Shown: positions 58,272 through 64,000 of the stretch, one piece after another
Numbering within the stretch: position 1 is the stretch's first letter
Layout of the letters: the number at the start of each line of letters is the position of its first letter
Source: a virus
Taxonomy: Duplodnaviria; Caudoviricetes
Direction: 5' to 3' (one strand)
Length of the DNA: 64,000 nucleotides
Virus record (IMG/VR): IMGVR_UViG_2930438282_000003
Span: 32,001 to 96,000 of that record
Position numbers and translations under genes: made by a program
Notes under the pieces: model-generated
Databases searched by the model: none
Seen by the model: the letters and a program-made list of their open reading frames with translations, nothing else
Told to the model about the DNA's origin: nothing

Positions 58272-58637
58272 ATGCTAGAACTTCCCCTCCCGCTGCCGGG
58301 CGCCGAGCCCGCATCCGAGCCACGCAAGCATTGGGTGGTGTACGAGGACGGCACCCTTGGCCAGTTCGGGGCAACTGGGGAGGGCGAGCCGGCGCTGCCC
58401 CGGCCGGGACGGCTGATTACGGAAGGCGAATACAATCAGCTCTCCGCTGGGATGACGGCCGCTCACAACCGGCGGGTAGCCGAGCTGCTGGCTGCCGAGG
58501 ACCTGCAGCAGCGGGGGGACTATGAGGACCTGCTCGCCTGCGGCATTCCAGAACGGATGGCCAGCCGTCTGTCCGGTCACACGCCTTTGGCTGCGCCCGC
58601 CTGTGATCCAGCCGTAGATCAGAATCTTCAAGTTTGA
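58272..58637 (+). CDS. Small protein, paralog-like of 36671..36943
   Basis: GAGGAG RBS; VVYEDG..LITEGEY..CGIPERMASRLSG. Confidence 0.7.
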   Translation: MLELPLPLPGAEPASEPRKHWVVYEDGTLGQFGATGEGEPALPRPGRLITEGEYNQLSAGMTAAHNRRVAELLAAEDLQQRGDYEDLLACGIPERMASRLSGHTPLAAPACDPAVDQNLQV

Positions 58638-58662
58638 GATGCAGCTTGGCGTCGGGATGACT

Positions 58663-58697
58663 GGCCCGCGGTCGAGAACGGGGGTGAACCGCGGGCC
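58663..58697. terminator. Bidirectional terminator hairpin
   Basis: GGCCCGCGGT...ACCGCGGGCC between convergent genes. Confidence 0.6.
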
Positions 58698-58738
58698 GTC
58701 AACTCCAGTAGAAGTACTCGTCTCCGGGACCCAGCCGG

Positions 58739-60103
58739 TCAGTGGGCGTGGATCGAGCCCCAGGCGAAGTTCTGTCCGAACCCGGTGCCGGAGCCGCCCG
58801 TATACACCTGGTTTGTGGCGTAATAGGTGGCCTTCACGTCTGCGTTCGTGTTGTAGTCCGTTTTGGTAAGTCCAGAGCCCCAGGTGCTCCAGATGACCCA
58901 TGGGCTGCGGGTCAGCGCGTTCGAACCGCTTGCTGTGATGGGCACGTTGTACGACTCAGCGAGCATCCGCGGCTTCCCGTAGTTCACCAACCCTGTGTAG
59001 TACACGTTCGTGAGGTTCGAAGTAGCCGGGTTGTAGTCGTCGACGGCGACGATGTCGACGACGTCGGCCCCGGGGTAGTAGTCCCACGGTACGTCGGTCC
59101 CCTGGGGGTTCCAGGCGTTGGGCGACCAAACGAAGATCAGATTGTGCAGGCCCTTCGTCTTCACCAGATAGTCATATGTGATTCGCCATAGCTTTTTGTA
59201 GGAGGCTGAGGTCTTCCCGCCCCACCAGAACCAGGCGCCGTTCATCTCGTGGTACGGCCGCAGTAGTACAGGAACGTCCCAGGCAGCAAAGTACGAAAGC
59301 GCGGCCGCTAGAAAGCTCAGGTCCGAGAGCAGTGTTCGGTACTCGGGCGTGTCCGATTCCCAGTCGACCACGCGGTCGAACCACGCCTGGTCGGTGGTGA
59401 GTGTTGCCAGTGGGTTGGACTCGTCACCACCTGGGTGTTGTCCTTCGACCTGAGTGAGCACCCCACTCCAGGCTTTCAGCGAGGAACCTGGGTACGGCTG
59501 GTGGAAGCTCATGCCCACGATGCCAGAAGCAGCGCCGCCGTTGGTGAGGGTCGCTGTGCTCCCGTCGAGCCGGATCATGGTGCCGTCCGGGTTATACGTG
59601 CCGTCCTCCGCGCGCGGCAGCCCCTTCCACACACCGAAGGCGAGGTCGATGGCGTCATCCGCGTATTGCCACTGCTTCTGCCCAGTGGGCAGGCCCAATG
59701 GCCGGTTGTAGGACCGGTCACCGTACGTTCCCCAGCCGGTGGCACCGTACCCAGGCCCGAGGTCGACTTCGATGAAGCCGGAAAGCTTACCTGTTATGTC
59801 ATGAGCCTTCTTGTAGTAGTAACCGGAGAACGTCGTGCCACCCGTGTCTCCGTAGGTTCTGTTGTACAACTCCTGCTGCGTTTCGATGTGCTGCCCGATG
59901 ATCGTCATTGGGCGGGTCCCGGAACGCGCAGCGTTCTCCAGCGACACCAGGTGCTTATACACCGCCTGGGCGTTCATCGACGCCGACGGATCCCGGCCTG
60001 TCAGGCTGGGAGCGATGAGTGGCGTGGCTGCCTGCGCCACTCTCGGTACGACGGACGTGGCGGCTGCGGCGCCGAGGGCGGTGACAAACGTACGTCTTCG
60101 CAA
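58739..60103 (-). CDS. Tat-secreted GH26 glycoside hydrolase
   Basis: MRRRTFV twin-arginine signal; LLRPYHEMNGAWFWWG, YYPGADVVDIVAVDDY and LAES. Confidence 0.88.
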   Translation of the reverse strand: MRRRTFVTALGAAAATSVVPRVAQAATPLIAPSLTGRDPSASMNAQAVYKHLVSLENAARSGTRPMTIIGQHIETQQELYNRTYGDTGGTTFSGYYYKKAHDITGKLSGFIEVDLGPGYGATGWGTYGDRSYNRPLGLPTGQKQWQYADDAIDLAFGVWKGLPRAEDGTYNPDGTMIRLDGSTATLTNGGAASGIVGMSFHQPYPGSSLKAWSGVLTQVEGQHPGGDESNPLATLTTDQAWFDRVVDWESDTPEYRTLLSDLSFLAAALSYFAAWDVPVLLRPYHEMNGAWFWWGGKTSASYKKLWRITYDYLVKTKGLHNLIFVWSPNAWNPQGTDVPWDYYPGADVVDIVAVDDYNPATSNLTNVYYTGLVNYGKPRMLAESYNVPITASGSNALTRSPWVIWSTWGSGLTKTDYNTNADVKATYYATNQVYTGGSGTGFGQNFAWGSIHAH

Positions 60104-60195
60104 GATGCAACCTCCAATGAGGGGATGGACCTTCGTCAGGTTAAGGCTGGGATGGCTTCTGGAATAGTGATGTGATCTTCATGCGGTTCACGACG

Positions 60196-60735
60196 GCTAG
60201 CAGTACGCCGAAGGGGAGCCATGCCCCGTCCTCCGCATGGGATAGCCCTGCTGTGCGGGGGCTCGGTACGCCGGAAGCCCGCCGCGCGCGATCCAGCATG
60301 GCCGACCGGACCGCGTGGCGGATCTGCCGGGACAACAGCTGGTGGAGCGTGTTCGGCAAGAAGCGCGGCCGTATCAAAAAGGCCGGCCCGCCGGTGCACG
60401 ACGACCTCGTCCGCCGTGACTCACCGCGACCGGCCCGAACCGGCTGTGGCTCACCGATGTCACCGAACACGCCGCCCACGAAGGCAAGTTGTATCTCTGT
60501 GCGGTCAAGAACGTCTTCAGCAACAGGATCGTCGGCTACCTCGATTGACACGTGAATGAAGTCCCGCCTGGCCGTCACAGCCCTGAACAAGCTGTTGCCC
60601 GGCGTGGACACGTCGCCGGGTCCATCGTGCACAGCGATGCGGATCGCAGTTTCGGTCACGGAAGTTCGTCCGGGCGCTCGATCGGCACCGGATCGCCGGC
60701 TCGATAGGGAGGGTCGGGGCGGCGGGCGACAACGT
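60196..60735 (+). pseudogene. IS3-family transposase orfB remnant
   Basis: MADRTAWRIC..HDDLVRRD / PNRLWLTDVTEH..GKLYLCAVKNVFSNRIVGY / MKSRLAV, across several frameshifts. Confidence 0.8.
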
Positions 60736-60932
60736 GACCGGATGGATGCCGAGGTCAACGGCGGTCTGCTTCTGTTCTTTTCCTGCCCGCACCAACACGA
60801 TGGCGCGGGCGCGGAACTCAGCGGGGTAGGCGCGGGGCATGTCCGGCAGCCTTTCGTGAAGGCCGTCAGTTAGCCAGCAGAACTGGAACCTGAGAGGTGG
60901 GGCAGGTCAACCTGTCACCCAAACCTGCAGCA
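60730..60932 (-). mobile_element. IS3-family left end and truncated orfA
   Basis: The minus strand begins TGCTGCAGGTTTGGGTGACA at 60932; MPRAYPAEFRARAIVLVRAG..TAVDLGIHPVTL, then truncated. Confidence 0.7.
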
Positions 60933-61103
60933 GACTCAACCGTCAGGGATCTCACTCAACTCTTGCCGAGCGGCGATGACGACCGGGCACGCGTCGCGGA
61001 CTTCGATGTGGACGTAGCCGTAGTGGTGGCGTCCGAGAGTGCCATAGGCAGAAGCACGCATGGCGTCGCTGGCTGAAGACGTGCAACCTTTCGGAGGGGA
61101 CGG

Positions 61104-61439
61104 TCACAAGGTTTCCTTGAGGAGCTGATCGATGCCGTCGCGGACAGAAGCGAGTTGACGGAGGAGCGGAGCCAGCCGTGCTTGGTCTTCGGCAGGCAAT
61201 GGAGCTGGAGCTTCGTGACCAGCGAGAGCTCGAGAGATAGCGTCGGCCGGGTCGATGCCGAGCGCACGGCAGGCTGTGATGAGGGTGTGGACCTGGATGC
61301 GCTGGCGACCGGCTTCGAGGTTGGCGATGGAGCCGCGGGTGAGTTTGACGGCGCGGGCGAGGTCCTCTTGTGCTATGCCTCGCGATTGGCGGGCGTTACG
61401 AATGTAGGCGCCGAGCCGACGGTAGAGATCGTCGTTCAT
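61104..61439 (-). CDS. XRE-family HTH transcriptional regulator
   Basis: IRNARQSRGIAQEDLARAVKLTRGSIANLEAG; GGAG RBS before ATG 61439. Confidence 0.85.
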   Translation of the reverse strand: MNDDLYRRLGAYIRNARQSRGIAQEDLARAVKLTRGSIANLEAGRQRIQVHTLITACRALGIDPADAISRALAGHEAPAPLPAEDQARLAPLLRQLASVRDGIDQLLKETL

Positions 61440-62393
61440 TCTATTCTCCGTCCCCCGCGTGACCGGGCGCACCGGGTTCCGCGGCTCAAGGTGGGGATCT
61501 CCGGACGCCGCCAGCCGGAGTGGCTACGAACTGCGATCTCAGCGGTGAAGAAGGCAGTATCTCACTACCAACTGGGGTACCACCGCGTCGGTGAGAGTCC
61601 TGGCTAGTGGCTCCTCCCGCAACCTTGACCCGGTGATCGGTTCCGTCGGTGGATTGAGTCTCAGCTTGGGGAGCGGACACCGGGATACGCGCCACTGCTC
61701 TTGTTTTTGGCGGATAGCGCGAGCCGTTGTATGGACGGCCAGCCATGCGGTGACTGCAACCGAGAACGCGGAGATCAGTACGGCATGCGAGCCCACCGTA
61801 GGGGCCGTGCAGCAGCGCCCACTCCCGTGTAGTTGCTTGAGTACCTGCTTCCGGATGAAGACTCGTTGAGAGCGGGCGGCCAGTGTCCGCAGTAGTCGGC
61901 TCTTTCCAGGTGAGGATTCGACCGGCGGCCGCTCCCAAAGAGATTGAATAAGTGCGGGTTCCGTCCTTGTCGCCGTCGTGTCGGAGCAGTGCACGCGGAG
62001 GTATAGGTGCGCTGGTCGGCAAGTCGGACGGGAGGCGGCGCGGGCAGTTCGAGGAACTCGCCGAACCGGGGTGAAGTGCATCGAATGCACCGAGTCCCGC
62101 AGTGAGTGTCTCGGCGCTCCTATCGCCGGGGAACCGAACGACGTGTCGATCGGTGTTGTGGTGCAGGCTGAGCTGGTGGATACCCATCCTCCGAAAACCA
62201 CGATCGAGAACCCACACTGAGCCCAGTAGCGTCATGAAGCGGTCCGCATAGTGGATGCACCGTCCACGTCGAGGTTCTGGGCCGTCTCACGAAGGGTGAG
62301 GGCAGGGTGGGTAAGTGGGGTTGATCAGGCGACCCCTCGTTCGTGCACGCACTCGTGCAAGTGGTCGATGCTGGCTGGTGCGGGTGTCGTGAG

Positions 62394-63998
62394 TCAGTTC
62401 TTGCCGAAGCCCGGGGCAAAGTAGATCGTGTAGGTGCCGTCGCCGGTTTGGGTGCTCTTGACGACCTTGTGGACCCGGTAGCCGGCCTGCTTGAGGGCTG
62501 GCTGGAGGGCTACGTCGATGTCCGCGGTCTGGGTGAAGTCCAGGACGACGATTGAGTAGACGTGATCCTTCACGGCGGCCTGGAGAGCGGGGGCGCCCGT
62601 GAGGGTCTTCTTGGTCTCCGGGTCGGTGTAGCTCTTGCCAATGAGGTCCTGCCACTGCGGCCAATTGGTGGACGTGCGCAGGTAGTAGGCCGGGACATCG
62701 TAGTTTTCGACCAAGTACTCGTCCTTGCCCTTGTGGACGTAGGGGCGGAGAGCGGAGACCAGGCCGGAAGAGTCGGGCCATTCGCCGAACATGTGCGTGG
62801 CCTGGCTCGCGCCGAGGTAGCCGAGGGGCGCGACCACGGCCGCAGTGACCAGGACCCCGATGGCGACGTGGAACTTGGTGCGCAGGACCATGAAGATGCG
62901 GGCAAGAAGCAGGCCGGCCACGATGCAGGCGAACCAGGCACCGAAGTCGACGTGCTTCTGGAGCGAGAGCCAGGTATGGATGCGGACCTGGTTGACGGGG
63001 GCCAGGACACCGCCGATGAACAGGACCAGGGCGAGCCAGATCTCCGCCTTGCCGGATTTGCCGCGGAGAGAGATCACTACGGTCACCAGCACGCCGATCA
63101 GGGCGATCACCAGCAGGGGTCCGACCCACTTGGCGGCCTCCTCCGCGACGTAGGACGCGGCGTCCGTGCCCTCCTTGCGCATCAAAGTCGTGTGAGTGAA
63201 GCCATCGATGTGGGCCTTCGCGCCGACCGCCGGGATCAGCAGGGCGACCAGCCAGACGACGGTGAGCTCGATGCCGCGGCGCCAGCGGGCTCTGTCCCAG
63301 GGACCGCTGCCATGGCCGGCGAAGATCGCGATGCCGACGACGACCGGAGTCCAGAGCAAGGACGCGTACTTGGTCCAGTCGGCCAGTGCCATCAGCACGG
63401 CGGCGGCGGCCATGCTGGGGTAGCCGCCGCTGGTCGTGAGGCGGACCGTCCAGTAGGCGGCCCAGGCGAGCAGGGCGAGCGCCATCGCGTCGTACGTGGA
63501 GTAGCCGCCGAGGAACTGGGTGGGGCCGAGCGCGGCGAACAGTGCCGCCGCGAAGAACGCCGCCACGGAGCCGTACATTCGCCGTGTGGAGAGATGGACC
63601 GCGAGCGTGGAGGAGAGCATGAAGACCAGGCTCAGTAGGCGGGTGCCGCGCAGGCCGCCGACGATGTCCGCGATCGCGACTACGACCGGGTAGATCAGGG
63701 GCGAGCCGGAGAAGAAGCTCGCGTAGTCGGCGACCGGGTGGCCGTGCACTAGGTGGCCGAGCTCCTGGTAGCCGGAGTAGATGTACGTGCCCTCGTCCAC
63801 GAACGCCGTGTTGGAGCCGGTGAGGCGGAAGGAGAGTGCGCCCTGGACCAGGAGAACCATCAGCAGGGGCAGCCAGTCCGTGCGGAAGACGGCCTTGGGC
63901 GGTCGGGGCGGCGGTTCCAGACGTCGGCGGGCGAGCCGGGCGGCGGCCTTGCGGGCGGCAACGTCCTCGGCGACCGTTCCCAGGGCCATGGTGGTGTC
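62394..63998 (-). CDS. Polytopic membrane glycosyltransferase (GT39/ArnT/PMT-like); start may lie outside the window
   Basis: NTAFVDEGTY, TYDAMAL, TKYA and many TM helices; the frame is open to the window edge. Confidence 0.8.
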   Translation of the reverse strand, partial: DTTMALGTVAEDVAARKAAARLARRRLEPPPRPPKAVFRTDWLPLLMVLLVQGALSFRLTGSNTAFVDEGTYIYSGYQELGHLVHGHPVADYASFFSGSPLIYPVVVAIADIVGGLRGTRLLSLVFMLSSTLAVHLSTRRMYGSVAAFFAAALFAALGPTQFLGGYSTYDAMALALLAWAAYWTVRLTTSGGYPSMAAAAVLMALADWTKYASLLWTPVVVGIAIFAGHGSGPWDRARWRRGIELTVVWLVALLIPAVGAKAHIDGFTHTTLMRKEGTDAASYVAEEAAKWVGPLLVIALIGVLVTVVISLRGKSGKAEIWLALVLFIGGVLAPVNQVRIHTWLSLQKHVDFGAWFACIVAGLLLARIFMVLRTKFHVAIGVLVTAAVVAPLGYLGASQATHMFGEWPDSSGLVSALRPYVHKGKDEYLVENYDVPAYYLRTSTNWPQWQDLIGKSYTDPETKKTLTGAPALQAAVKDHVYSIVVLDFTQTADIDVALQPALKQAGYRVHKVVKSTQTGDGTYTIYFAPGFGKN

Positions 63999-64000
63999 AT

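Noticed and set aside
61486-62235. Overlapping ORFs between the XRE gene and the glycosyltransferase
   Set aside because: No convincing codon bias, RBS or motif; cannot be called.
62273-62284. Partial leader match GGTTCTGGGCCG
   Set aside because: Lacks the GCYGCT head, a -10 box and a downstream structural gene; a match this short can arise by chance in high-GC DNA.

Overview
High-GC actinobacterial DNA, most likely Streptomyces (LAETG sortase signal, Tat-secreted glycosidase, Rhs/HINT toxin style), from an accessory region, possibly a large plasmid or island. 1-11.6 kb: a divergent pair of large secreted proteins, one an Rhs protein with a HINT domain and toxin tip followed by its probable immunity gene. 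About 13.1-58.6 kb: a + strand, very cysteine-rich siphovirus-type morphogenesis module in the gene order of cluster-B-like actinophages (DUF1360-like, portal, MuF/protease fusion, capsid hexamer and pentamer, large repeat fibre proteins, major tail, adaptor, chaperone, tape measure, minor tail and fibres). No terminase, lysin, integrase or replication gene is visible in the window, and the module is interrupted by cargo genes (LAETG protein, HNH nucleases, galU, GNAT, IS630, ANTAR, GH26). The most striking signal is a conserved non-coding leader, core GCTGGTTNTGGGCCG usually extended to GCYGCTGGTTNTGGGCCGGG. It occurs in 9 copies at 8 loci, all on the + strand, nearly always just downstream of a TANNNT -10 box, and each runs into a gene-specific hairpin that hides the RBS or start codon of a structural gene. 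This suggests an RNA-level master switch for particle production. The right end holds a second GH26, IS3 debris, an XRE regulator and a GT39-like glycosyltransferase. All family assignments come from motif recognition by eye; no database searches were run.
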